DNA from: Phyllosticta citribraziliensis
Taxonomy: Eukaryota
Assembly (NCBI RefSeq): GCF_038025025.1
Contig: NW_027117343.1
Location: 2,046,001 to 2,110,000, forward strand
Length of the DNA: 64,000 nucleotides
Direction of reading: 5' to 3'
Shown piece after piece: positions 50,973 through 63,290 of the stretch. Position numbers and translations under genes: made by a program. Below the pieces are notes generated by a model. The model was not told the origin of the DNA and searched no databases. It worked only from the letters and a program-made list of their open reading frames with translations. The stretch's first letter is position 1, and every line of letters starts with the position of its first letter.

Positions 50973-52435
50973 CTGGGGCTGACGGCGTCGTCGCGCGAGG
51001 CGAGGGGCGTGGGGTTCGGGAGGAATGGTGAGAGGAGTCGACGCGTCGTCGTCGTGGTGGGAGGGACAGGAGGGCGACCAAGGAGGGTTACGTAAGGCGG
51101 GGAGGGGTGGAAGCAGGTCAGAGAAACGCCTGTTGCAACATTGCTCGAATACGGAGTAACGACGATTGAAACGAAGCCGCTGGGCGACGGCTATATAGGC
51201 CGGAGTGTGGAAGGAATGGGCAGGCGAGGGTGTTGGCAGACAAGCGGTGACCGTTGATCAGTGGGACTGGGCGTACGAGGGGAACTTGGAGCGGAGCGGA
51301 TAATTCGCAGGGCAGGACAGGATAGGACAGCACGGTCGGACGGCAGCAGCCGGCGGGGAGGAGTCGGGACGATGAGGAGAGCGACCTGAGGGCGACGAGG
51401 GAGAGGAGGATAGGAATGAGTGGTGTTGAGAGGAGAAGCGTCGTAGGCCGTGGTCGGGTTGGTCACTGGCGGGGAATTGTTTGGCTTGGACGGGACGTCA
51501 AGGTGGGACTGGGGCACGCGATGCGATGCGATGCGATGCGATGTGTGATGCGGTGCGGTGCTAAGGAAGCTATCGAAGCCGACGACTTTTTTCGACAGGG
51601 CTTCTGGAAGCTGGCCACAGACCGAGATGCGACACAGGCTGCAGGCGATGGAAGCCGACCCGAGCGACAGAGTTCAGGCTGAGGGTGGGACAAGAGTCAA
51701 GACAAGACAAGACAAGACAAGACAGGACAGTTGAGGCCACTCAGGTGCTATGTGAGGCTCCAAGCTCCAAATGTCATCCGCCGGCCCATGATAAGGGGTT
51801 CCCTGCTTCCCGTCCGTCACGTCGCCTTGGCCGCTGTCCTGTTGATGCTCACCCTAGGTCGCCCTGGAGCGGTTCGTGCTCGTGCCTGAGGCGAATCCGC
51901 TGGAGAAGCAGAAGAAAAGACTTCTGGAGCAAAGCAATAATTCCTCGCTACATTGCCTTGGCGCCGTCATGCATGGCACAACAGCCTTTTGCTCAAGGCC
52001 AAACCAGGCGTTTCCTTTTTTCGGCCGCTGAAACATCACCGCTGCTCTGCTCTGCTCTGCTGGGTTGCGAGGCCTTGGCCATGTGACTAAGCACCAACGC
52101 ACCATTACTCCCAGAACTAAGCCCAACGGCTCCACGCCCCCCTCCTTACAGCCACCAATACGCGGCTATCCCTCATCCAGACGTTTGTTTCAACCACACC
52201 ATCCTGATCTGCTCTAGGACCAGCCTGCTTGTCGTAACCAGCACAACACCCTCCATCGCCTTCATGACTCCCCTCTCAACCTACAGTACATTCAACTTGA
52301 CCCAATGTGACTCATGATGAATCCTCCCGAATCACTTTGCTGGGGCCAAAAGGAGCCTTGGAACGTATAAACGTCCATTTTGGCACGCTTGCCTCATCGT
52401 CCATCGCTCATCTCGCTCCCTACTCCTCAACCACC

Positions 52436-53656
52436 ATGGATTCCCGTCTTGCTGCATTTCTTCAGACCCACAAAGCTTTCATCGCTGTTGCTGTACACAA
52501 GTCGAATCCGGATCTCGACCTCTCCGGTCGCTTTTTTACGTGGCTTGCAAGGTGTATCCTCGTTTTGTGCGCCGGTTTGTTTGCCCCAGCCATCACATCA
52601 CGAGCAGACCCAACTCTCCATTTCCACCCACACTTTCTGAGACAACACACGCCTTTTTGATTGGCACTGGCACCATCACGCTCCGACTCCACCAACACTA
52701 CACTCCCCACTAGCATCGCCCCATCTCATGACCACTCACGCTAACACCCCGCAGAAATCCACGCCGCCTCTCCCGACCTCACTCTGACCCCGTACCCCTT
52801 CCTACTCGCCCCCTCTCGCGCCTCCACCCCCTGGCGCTACCTAATTGGCCTCCAAAAAGACCCCACCCACGAGCTCCCCGGCCTGCAGCTCTCCCTCCTC
52901 GCCGACCCCGACCAAGAAGGCCTCCCCACGCGCCTCGAATGCAGTTTGCAGTCTTTCGTCGCCCACTGCGCCCCGCACGTCAGAGCTGCGGGCTCAGGCG
53001 TGTGGGCAAACGCGCGGCTGCTGGCGCGCGGTGACGTGGCGCCGCTGTGCGGCACGCTGGCACACCACCGCGTCCGCCATGCGTCGTCCATCAGTGATGA
53101 TGATGATGATGACGGTGATGGCGACGACGACGGCCGCGTCTTCCTCACCACCCATCTCGACGCCACGAGGCCGCAAAACGTCGCGCTGCCTCTCTCCGCC
53201 ATCGCCGCGCTGCAAGCAACACTGCGCATGCCGCCCGCCGACCCAACAACCCCCGTCCCCTTCTCACTCACCCCGCCCAACGCGTCTCTCTCCCGCTCCC
53301 GTGACGTGACCAGTGACTCCGCTGCCGCCACTGCAGGCGCCAAGTTGCGGCCCATCCACGACGTGCTGGCGCGCATAGCGCACGACGACGGGCTGGGCGG
53401 GCCGGCGGCGTACGTCATTGGGTATGCGGATCGCTTCGATGGCGTCAAGGAGGTGCGTGCGGATCGCTGGGTTGCGGAGAGCACGGAGGAGGAGTGGGTG
53501 CCGCTGCATCGGGTGAGGTATGTGAGGAGGGCGAGGAGGGGGGAGGGGGTTGGAGACGAAGAGAGAGGGGCAGGGGGAGAGGTTGTGTGGAGTAGAGAGG
53601 ACAGACTGGATGTCGTGTTTGGGAGTGGAGTGAGGAGAGAGGGATGTGAGGGTTGA
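52436..53656 (+). CDS. MJ1316 (DUF504) RNA cyclic-end-recognition domain protein with an N-terminal region resembling a poly(A) polymerase RNA-binding domain; exons 52436-52574 and 52755-53656
   Basis: C-terminal KLRPIHDVLARIAHD...YVIGYADRFDGVKE...EEEWVPLHRVRYVRR...VVWSREDRLDVVFGSG. Intron 52575-52754 (GTTTGT...GCTAAC...CAG) keeps the frame. Confidence 0.82.
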
Positions 53657-54519
53657 CGCTCGTGATGAGAGATTATCTCAGTCTGAAGCTAGCGGGCCAA
53701 GTGAAGTTTCGCTCTTGAGTCCTGCTGCCCTCACTCGCTGCAAATAAAATCACACATCAAGGTATTATTCACATATTACAGACATACACAATGGTTCCCC
53801 CTGCCTGCCTACCTACCTACCTCCCTAACATGTAAATACGGCAGCATTCGTCAAGTAAGGTCTGCAGGGAGACAGACCCACACGCCTCATGCGTCCATCA
53901 ATCCACCCATCCATCCATCCATCTATCCATCCATCCACACACTCGCGCCCAGCCACGGAGCCGGAGCCTGATCGCCGGCATCTATCCATCCTCTGCCCTC
54001 CCCCTTCTCCCTGCTCCTCTTCCCTTCCTCTGCCTCATACCGCATACCCCCGAAAAAAGCAATCTAAGGTATGAATCAAGCGAGCCGGGAAATATCTGAC
54101 CTTCTCTCTTAATCTCTGCGCTTGCTTCTTTCTCTTCGGCGACTCTGACCGGCCAACAAACAAACGGAAGGGAAGGGTTCCACGGACGCCATGCTGGAGG
54201 ACTACTACTGCCGAGACTGCGAAGATAGGAGAGAGAATGGGGGAGGAAGAAATGGAAGATGAAGACGAGAAGGGAAGGATAGGAGAAGGAGAAGGAGAGG
54301 AAACAAGTGGAAGAAAAGTGAAGAAATAGGAGAAAAGGACAAGATCGATAATAGGTGCCGAAACGTGTCAAGGCTGCGCACGCAAATCCGCAGGGCATCA
54401 CCACACCGCGCACTTCCAAAAGCTTCCGCATTCTGGTTAGGTCCGGTAGGTCCGGTAGATGGGCGGATATCACACACATCGTCACCTCTCACTCACCCAC
54501 CCACCTCTGTCCGACCTAA

Positions 54520-56302
54520 TCAACGACTGCTCCGCCGCCTCTGCCAGTCCCACTCGTCGCGCTCGCGCTCGCTCCCCAACGCCGCATACGCGCCCGCATC
54601 CTCGCGCCGCCCCTTGCTCTCCTTGCGCCTCTCGTACTTGCGCTCCGCCTCGTGCGCGCCGACGGCTCCCACCACCGCCGCCGCCACCGTCGCCAGCGTG
54701 TTTCCCTTGCTCAGCTCCGTCCCGACGAACCCGCCCGCCAGCGCCCCCAGCGCCGTCGACGCTATTCCCCCAGCTGGCGGCCTGCTGCTGCTTCTGCCGC
54801 CAATTCGCGGAGGTGGCGGCGTGTTTGCTGTTGCTGGGGGGCGCAGCAGTTCGCGATCGCGCTCGCGCTGCTGCTCCCCTCGTCGTCTTGCTGTTGGGTA
54901 TGTTGATGACTGGACGCTGCGCACGCTGCCGCGGCGCACGCGGTCGATGTCTCTGTCTCGTTCTCTGTCCCACTCGGCGCGGTCGATGCTGTGGTGCGAG
55001 TGTGAAAAGGACCGCGGTCCGCTTCGATATCCCACTTCGTCCGCGCCGGCACGACGAGATACGGCGACGGTCGACGACTCGCCGTCGAGTTCACCCTCGC
55101 CCTCGCCGCGCAGAATCATCGCGCGGCTCTGCGACATGGCAGCCGCCGCCGCCGCCGCGCGCGGGTGTGGAGCTGGCATGTAGTCGCTGACGGGACGGGC
55201 CCCGGGAATGGGACTTCGCGGGGGCGACGGCAAGGGCTCGACAAAGGTGGGCCGGCGGGTAGAACGCGAGCGGGCGCGGCGGAAGGCAGAATGCGCTGGA
55301 GCGGCGTCGGACGTGGTGGCTGGCGAGATGCGGCCACTTCTGGCGCGGGCGGCGGCCGCTTCGACGTTGTTGAAGGCGGCCGTCTCGACGTAGGCGCGGG
55401 TGAAGTCCTTGCGGTTGCGCGCCGTCTCGTCCTCCGAGTCCGTGTCGTCCTGGTAGTAGCGGTTGGAGAAGGGTTCGCGGTTTTGCTGGAGGCCGCTGGC
55501 CGAGAGGGCGCGCGTGCGATCTGGCGCTTCTGTCCGCGCGTAGTCGGAGCGTGCTCGTGCTCGTTGCTGCGTTGTGGGAGGCCAGTATTCTTCTGTGATG
55601 ATCTCGCGTGACAGCAGCTGTCGGTCTGAGAGGTCAAGGTCATATGATCGGTCCCGGGGTCGTTCTCTCGACCGTCCACGGTAATGGTAATCTTGAGGCG
55701 GTGGGCGACGCAGACGTCTGGGACGGGAAAAGTCGTCGTCATACCGCTCGGCTTCGACTCGATAGTTGGGCTGCTCCCGGGGCCGGTCTTCGTGGTAGAC
55801 AGTGGACGGTTCGCGCGGGCCGCGCAGGGAAGCTTCGTCGTAGTCCCGTCGATAATCACGCATGCTCCTTGGAGAATGATCCCTGAAGCGCTCCTGTTCA
55901 TAGACGGAGGACCTTGCGCGCTGGCTCCGCGCCGGCGGCGGCGGCGACGCTGCCCCTCGGTCATCTTCACGGCCTTCGTAGCGAACGAGCTCCATACTTC
56001 CCCCTCGGTCCTGGTCCCATTGCGAGTTTCGGCCGTGGCTGTCGAACTCGGCCTCTCTGGGAGCAGGACCATCTTTGTCGATAACGACTTCTTGCTGGTC
56101 AGCCTGGCCGCGACTGCGGCGTCTGTGCCGTAGCCGGGAAAGACGTCTTTTGGCAGCTGGAAAGCTGTCGTAAGCTCGATCGTAGTACTTGCTGTTGACG
56201 AATGTGTTTAGGCCGTCGAGGCCAATATCCTGGGGAAATTACGTTAGCGGGGGCAGAAAGTTGAGTGTCGAAGTTACTCACGAGAAGGTCCTCTCCCGGC
56301 AT
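54520..56302 (-). CDS. Arg/Asp/Tyr-rich hypothetical protein with a C-terminal glycine-zipper two-helix motif; exons 56302-56282 and 56229-54520
   Basis: MPGEDLL/DIGLDGLNTFVNSKYYDRAY... reads in frame into MELVRYE.... C-terminal GIASTALGALAGGFVGTELSKGNTLATVAAAVVGAVGAHEAERKYE. Confidence 0.8.
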
Positions 56303-57154
56303 GGTGATGCGGCGGGGAGTGAGCGCAAAGTCGCACAGGCGCTAGCGCATAAGAGTGTGACGCAAGGCTGCGTCGAGCCCACGACGGATAGGCCTGGGAG
56401 AGACGATTGAGGGAGCAAGATGTAAAAGGGCACAAGTAGTTCAGCAAGCGTTGACTTCCATGGTCGGCCGGAGGGGGGAATTTAGGCGCAGCTGGGCAGT
56501 GCGAGGCAGAAACGGGAGGAAAACGAGGCAGCGACTCATGCGCCAGGGGAACAGAGACTGGCTAGAGAAATATGCACACAGGAGGAGGAAGAAGAGGTGA
56601 CGATGGGATTTGGTCGAGTCGAGTGTGCGGGCACGGCAACCTTACGACGGCGATGCGCAATGACATGGGATCGGGCTGTAAGACCAACCACCTCGACTCA
56701 TCTGGCCCTCTGACGTCCTCGTCACGCCTACACCACTGCTGCCCACTGCCACGGCATGCAACGCCCCGTCACATCTGCACCCTCTGCCTTGTCCTGCACT
56801 CCACTGTGCAGCTGCCAGTCGCGTGCACGGCGAGAGGGTCGCGAGTGGCCCACGCTGCTCTCCCAGCCGCTCAGCCCTCTGGCGACCAGGTCATCCCCGG
56901 CCCACCGCTGCCCCTCGTCTCCCAAGCCCCGCCATCAAAGTCTCCAGGTCACTCACTCAGGCACGCACACAATATTAACATCGGGATTCAATCGCAAGAT
57001 CCAAGCATCGTCATTGATTTGGGCTGATACACGCTCCCTCCTCTCGTCCCTCCCATCCATCAGGCACCGACTCGATCCTCGCTCATTCCGTCCGTCCCTG
57101 CTTGGCCGCCGACTCGACCTGTCGCCTGGCTCGACTCCTTGGCTCGCGATTGGT

Positions 57155-57577
57155 CTAGGCCTTGGCCGCCTCCAGCAGCGAGGCGTGCTGCTCCGGGTGC
57201 TGCTTCTCCACGTTGCCCTTGGCCATCTTCTTGGTGACCATGTTGCCGTCAATGTCCACATCCTCCTTGAGCTGCCCGTCGACGACCCTCCACTTGCTGT
57301 CGACCTTGAGCTGCCCCGTGGGCGGCTTGGCGTCAATCAGCGAGTCGAGGCCGTCCGGGACCGTGGTCAGGGTGATCTTGTACGTTGCTTGCCCAATGGG
57401 CTTCTTGTCGGTGACGCTGTACGTGGCCGTGCTGCTGGGATCCCCAGACTCGAGCTCGTGGGAGATGAGCGTCGGCGTCAGGGTCTTGATCATCAACTCG
57501 TGGTTGTGGAGAGCCTTGATGACCTGCTCGGGCGTGACGCCCGCGGGCAGAGGGGTCGAGATGGTCGTGGTCGACAT
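57155..57577 (-). CDS. Small conserved hypothetical protein (140 aa, DUF7053-like)
   Basis: MSTTTISTPLPAGVTPEQVIKALHNHELMIK...YSVTD...DGLDSLIDA...SKWRV...LKEDVDI. Codon bias is strong and there is a TATA-like ATATATGTA upstream. Confidence 0.85.
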   Translation of the reverse strand: MSTTTISTPLPAGVTPEQVIKALHNHELMIKTLTPTLISHELESGDPSSTATYSVTDKKPIGQATYKITLTTVPDGLDSLIDAKPPTGQLKVDSKWRVVDGQLKEDVDIDGNMVTKKMAKGNVEKQHPEQHASLLEAAKA

Positions 57578-58695
57578 GATTGGATGATTTTGCTGAGGTT
57601 TGAGGAGAGGAGGATGTTTTGGGGTTTTTTGTTGCTGCTGCTGGCGGGCCAAGGGAGAGCTGCCATGCCGACTGCCTACATATATACTCGCCGTGGCCGT
57701 TGCAACTCAGGAGATGGTCTGGAGCTGTTGGTAACGGCACCACGGCGGACAGAGGGCGCCGAGCCACTTCCGGCTCCCCATCAGATCCAGAGAGCAGCCG
57801 CCGGGGCTGGATGAGGTTGTAAACGGACGTCAGTGCGCTGAGGAATGGCGCGGAGAGGGGTGGAGGGGTGGCATGGGCATCCCAATTTGGCAATTCGGGA
57901 CGGCGGACGGCTCCGCACTAGCTACCCGGACTCCAACCACCAACCCTACCCAGTGTACCTGGCTGCCGTGCAACATCCATGTCGAACGCAAAACCGTTCC
58001 TCTGGCCCAGTTGCTCGACTCTATCTCGCCCGTCAGCTGTTTCTCCGCCAGCACCTACGTGTCTCTGACAGGCGTTGCACCGCCGCTCGTCTGGCGGCCG
58101 CGTTTCATGCCGGCCAACATCATCCACCCTCGCCGTATGGCCCACCATTTCTAGTCTGACCGTAAGATGGGGGAACCATCGGGGATTACAACCAACCTTT
58201 GCTGCTTACGACAGACGGACCGCAGCGGCTGGGCTGACATTGGGGTTCGCGGCCGTCGAATGCGGCGCAACACTGACAGCTGGCAGCTCGAGCTATGGCC
58301 GTTGATTGAATTCAGCTCCCCATGCCGCTGTCCACCGCCAACAGCCCCCGAAAGCATGTGCGTTACGCTTTCATCGTCCGTGGAGAGCATGGCTGCACGA
58401 ACAGCCCCCGCCGTGTGGCATTCCACGCCCAATGCTTCGACATTTGCAGCTCCAGCTGGAACTGCCCTCCATTCCGCAACAACGACCAGCGGCACGCTAA
58501 AACACGCCAGCGGAATAGAAGCAAGAGACTGTCGCCCCCGCAGCGCTAGAATTCCCATAACCCCACCAAAGGAGCCCTGACGCGCTGTAGCCTCGGGATC
58601 GGTCCGTAGCCAAAAGGCCAAGCTGAGCTGGGCCGCGCATCCCTTGGCTCTGGACTCGGACATGTCGCGCCCCTCTGATCCACACTTGACCACTG

Positions 58696-58728
58696 CTCTC
58701 TCTCTCTCTCTCTCGCTCTCTCTCTCTC
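58696..58728 (+). repeat. Imperfect (CT)n microsatellite
   Basis: Seen directly in the sequence. Confidence 0.85.
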
Positions 58729-59563
58729 TTGAGCTGAGAGCTGACACTGATCCCTGACAGGCGTTCCCTTTGGTTCAAAGCTCCGGACTGAGCTAAGCGA
58801 GAAGCTGCGAGCGAATAAGGGTCCAGCTCAAGGCCCTCCATTCCTGCATGTGATGAGGCCGTCGACTCTCCGCGAGGCATTTTCTCTGCCTCCCATGGTT
58901 TTGTGGTCGTCCTCTTCTCTCTCTGCCACCATCCAGACTCTCTCCCTCACGTCAACGCATATCAGGAGCAACATCCTGCTCGATACCTTGTTGTTGACCA
59001 CCCGAGAGCCGATCTCCCGTGCTCGAGTTCATGTCCGCGCCCGCTGCCCCCCGATCGACGTGGCTTCCATGCTGGCGATCTTCTCGTCGGCGGGCTCCGC
59101 TGTCTCGAGCTCCTGCAGGGAACTTGCCGATCATCCCAAGCTCGACGGCGTCCCGGGCTGTCTGGTCGAGCGCCCACAGAAAGTAATACCTCGCCCCCCT
59201 GAACTGGCTTCCAATGGCAATAGAGCCATTCACTTGCAGCATTTTGTGGCCATGTCCCAAGTGCGGCTGATTCTGTGCTTGGCGGCTTGTACATGGTGTC
59301 ATATAGTAAATCTCCCATGCTACAGTGGCTTGCCGGAGACCAAAGGAGCTAAAAATAAGGAGTGTGGTTGAGTGTGTCGTACCTACTACCCACCTGCCTG
59401 CCTACCACTACGCCAAAACAACAGGACTCGATCTAAATTTCCCGGGTGAGCCAGAGAAAGCTCATTGTTTACCCAACCACAGCTCTTTGAATTCGCAGCC
59501 TGCTCGAATCTTTCCACTTTCTTTCTTCTGCAACTGACCACACGCCCTCACCATACTCACCTT

Positions 59564-61874
59564 CTACAACTTGGCCCGCACCGTCTTGCCCACCCCTTCT
59601 GCGTCCCTCTTGGCCCACTCACGCATGACCTTGCGCATGATCTTCCCGCTCTGCAGCTTGGGCACCACATCCACAAACGCCACGCCGCCCGTCAAGCACT
59701 TGTGCGGCGCAACCTTGGTCGCGATCCACGCCTGGAGGTCGCGCTCTGAGACGCGGCCGCGCGCCGTGTCTTTCAAAACGACGTACGCACGCGGGTATTC
59801 TTGCTCGTTGCTAGGCAGGGGTTCAGTGTTGGTAAGCGGCAGCGGGGTATGTAGGAGAGAGGAGACGGCGAGATGGGATCGGGTCCGGTGCGGTGGGCCG
59901 GTGAGGGGATCGGATGAGATGCGAGACATGACTTACACTTGCACGCCCGTGACCGCCGCGTCGGCGACGTGCGGGCTCTCCAGGAGCACGGCTTCCAGCT
60001 CGGCCGGCGCGACCTGGAACCCCTTGACCTTGATCAATTGCTGTCGAGCAATCAGTCAGTCAGCTGACGGCCACACATACATACAGACCCGGGCATGCAT
60101 CTGAAGGTTATAGGCGCTGCGGGCTATATTATACGCACCTTCTTCCGATCGACTATCCAGAAAAAGCCGTTGCGCTCGACGGCCACATCGCCGGTGCGAA
60201 GCCAGCCGTCGGTGCTCAGCGTCTCGCGCGTCGCCTGTTCGTTGCGCCAATAACCCAGACAAACGTTGGGACCGCGCACATACAACTCGCCGGGCTCGCC
60301 GGGGCCGACTTCGCGGCCATCTTCTGCGAGCAGCTTGCCCTCGGTGTTGGGAATCAGTTGGCCGACGGAGCCGGTGCTGGAGCAGGTCAGCTTTGTGAGC
60401 CTGTTGGTTCCTCGCGTGTGGTGGTAGGGGAGCTGATGGGAGGTGGTGATTCTCCCGTCTCATCTCATCCCATCTCACGTCCAACTTCTCACCGTTTTCC
60501 CGTTCGCAGGACATGCGGATAAGAAGCCAACAAAGAGGAGAAGAAAACGCTTACTCGTGGACCCGCCTGCCCCCAGGGTTAGTTATAGCAGCGCACGTCA
60601 GCTCCGTCATGCCGTAGCCCTGCTGAATTATCACGTTGAAGCGGTTCGACACCTCTTCAGCGAGCTCACGGCTCAACGGCGCCGCACCGCACGAAATCTC
60701 GCGCAAGCTGGACAGGTCGAAGCGCGCCGGCTCGGGCCGCTTGGCCAGCAGTACGGCAATGGGCGGCGCAATCTGCAGATCGGTGATGCGGCGGTCCTGC
60801 AGTGTCTGGAGGAAGGCGCCAAAGTCGAAGCTCTTCATCACGTAGACCGACGCCCGCAGCTTGATGGCCAGCAGCATCGCGTACATTTGCCCGTACGCGT
60901 GGTACAGCGGCAAGAACATGACCCAGCGCTCCTTGGGCAGCGGCCGCTCCTTGTACATGGTGCGCGTGTAGATGATTTGCGCCGTGTTGGCGATGAGGTT
61001 TGCGTGTGTCACGCATACCCCCTTGGGTAGTCCTGTCGTCCCTGATGAGTAGTTGATTGTTGCTACCGTCTTGCGCGCCTCGCTGGGCGATAAGGTGAGC
61101 CATTGGTAAGTCGAGGCTTCGGTGGGCGTTCCGATCATGTCGCGCCAGTCACGGATGCCATTGACAGGGTCTTTTCGGACATCATCGAAGAGAAAGATGC
61201 GATTCGTGGCAAGGCCGACCTTGTTCGCGGCGACTGTGGCCGTTTGGATGAGTGAGGGGTGCACGAGCAGCACTTGGGCTGACGTGTTGGAGAGTTGATG
61301 GGCAAGTTCTGACGGCGAGCCATGTTAGCGTTTGGTCTTTGTTTACTTCCAAGCAGATTACGTCTAGCCCCGACAAGAATCTTTGAAGCAAAAGTCCAAA
61401 GATCAACAATGTGCAGGAGAGGAGGGCGATAGGTCAGACATGTAAGTCCAACGATTCAGTATCACCATTCACCGGCAAGGAAAAGCAAACAGGTACAGCG
61501 CCTAACGCACCATCTTCCTTGTACGCCGGATTGGCGCCGCTGAACACCCTCCCAGCAGCGACAGTGCCCATGTACGCCACTGGCACGTATATGTGGTTTG
61601 GCGTGTAGACCAGCACTATCTCCCCTCTCTTCACTCCAAGCTTTTCCAACCCACAACCAAACCTCTTGACCCACTGCTGCATCTGCCCCGCCGTAAGCGA
61701 CTGCGTCTCCAGCATTGCAGCATCGAGCAATATGGGTTCATTCTCGTCAACATTGGGGCGGAGGGCCGGTTCGCACGAGGACGGCAGGGGCGGAGCCGAT
61801 TGAGAAGGAAAAAGGTAGTCCAGGACATTGCATTCTGGGAGGACGAGACGAGGGTGCGGAGATTCGAGGACCAT
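59564..61874 (-). CDS. 4-coumarate-CoA-ligase-like AMP-dependent acyl-CoA ligase, peroxisomal (PTS1 -AKL); 5 exons
   Basis: Motifs INYSSGTTGLPKGV (AMP-binding), FLPLYHAYG, QGYGMTE, GWLRTGDV, LIKVKGFQVAPAELE and VPKLQSGKIMRK. The protein ends RAKL*. Confidence 0.95.
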
Positions 61875-63290
61875 GACTGTGGTTTTGTTTTTCTTGCTCT
61901 TTCCAAATTGGCAAGAGTTCCCGATTCCAAGGACGACTTGGGTCGATTTGTTAGTTTGATTTTCTTGCCACGAGTGCAGTTGGGAAAGCGGTCGACAGTG
62001 ACTGACAATGCGCGTCTTTTCCGCTGTATCCGCCGAATGCTCGAGGTACTTTGACAGGAGGTAAATGATCAAAGCACAGTCGTCGGTAGCCACGATACCC
62101 GCTGGAGTGGGGTTGTGGGGTGGTGGGGACGGGAAGCGGGGAGGACACGCGGGCGGTGCGAGCCGCTACGGTGCGTTGGCGGCCGAGGCCCCATGGTGAG
62201 TATACTTATTGCTGTTCGCTCTGGAATTTCAGAAATAGAGTGCTAATTCTTTTTCTGATCCCGTTTCTTGTAATTTCGAAAGGGCAGGTCTCGCGAAAGC
62301 ACGAGCTGATACCCTTGAACAAGTTCTTCCAACCTCTTGCAAATAGCCACGGCTCGATTAATGTTAGTCGGCGGCTGGATCGGCTTTCTGTGGACCGAAG
62401 ACTCTTGCAACAGCGAGTTCATTTGATCCTGTTCCAGACTGTCGCCCAAGACAGTTCCTGCTCTTCCGACCTCTAGAGATGTCGGATATCGTTGGAATCG
62501 GAAATGCCGTTCCTCGAGAGACGAGTTTCGGCGCGCCCTCGGCCACGACGAATCCACCCAAAAAGACCGAGAGCAAGAGCAGGGAGATAGATGGTGTCAC
62601 TGCCTGAAGACACAAAACGTGCGAGGAGTCATTTCTCGAATCTTCAAGGCAGAATAAGGCGTAATCGAGATTGGAAGGCCGACAGTTTGCTTTAGCGACA
62701 ACGACTTGGCTACCCCGAGACAGCAAGTCAAGTGCTCGGAGGAGCATAGGAAAGGGAAGGTCAAACGCAGACTGAAGAGCCGTGAGAGGATCGGAGCGGC
62801 TCAAAAGCGCCGATCCACAGCTGCAAGGTACCGTGTTTTCTGTCAGCAAAAGAAACGAGGCGGCTGTTCCACAAACCCAGCAGCTGCCAGCCCGACCACG
62901 ATCAAGCAAGGGAGACAAACGCTCCCTCGATGGCCACCAAGAGTTGGACTGAGGAGTTGGAGAGTCGTGGAGATGGAGATTCGAAGAAAAAGGCCGAAGG
63001 TGGTGACTGTTGAGTATACCAGGCCAGAGCCAGACCATCTGCCGAGGACCCACCAGACTTGGTCGCTACAGGCTAGCCCGCCGACATGGACCTTCCAGCT
63101 GGGGTCTAGCACCAACCACCCGACTTGTGGACCTGACCAGCCCTCTATCTACATCATCGCACCCATGCCAGCTCGACATGATGCCGCGATCTCCCTCCCC
63201 ACCCGCTCGTCCACATCCAACATTGAAATTGGTCGCTCCCTTGGCCGGCCTTGCTGCAAGAGCTAGACGCCACACGTTTGGGTCATCATC

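Noticed and set aside
56756..57814. 352-aa plus-strand ORF
   Set aside because: It is largely antisense to the 57155-57577 gene and has no coherent protein features.
58850..59371. Overlapping ORFs on both strands
   Set aside because: They show no motifs, no consistent frame and no splice model.
62243..63266. ORFs between the CoA ligase and S28 peptidase genes
   Set aside because: They have no recognisable domain, and the region is the divergent promoter interval.
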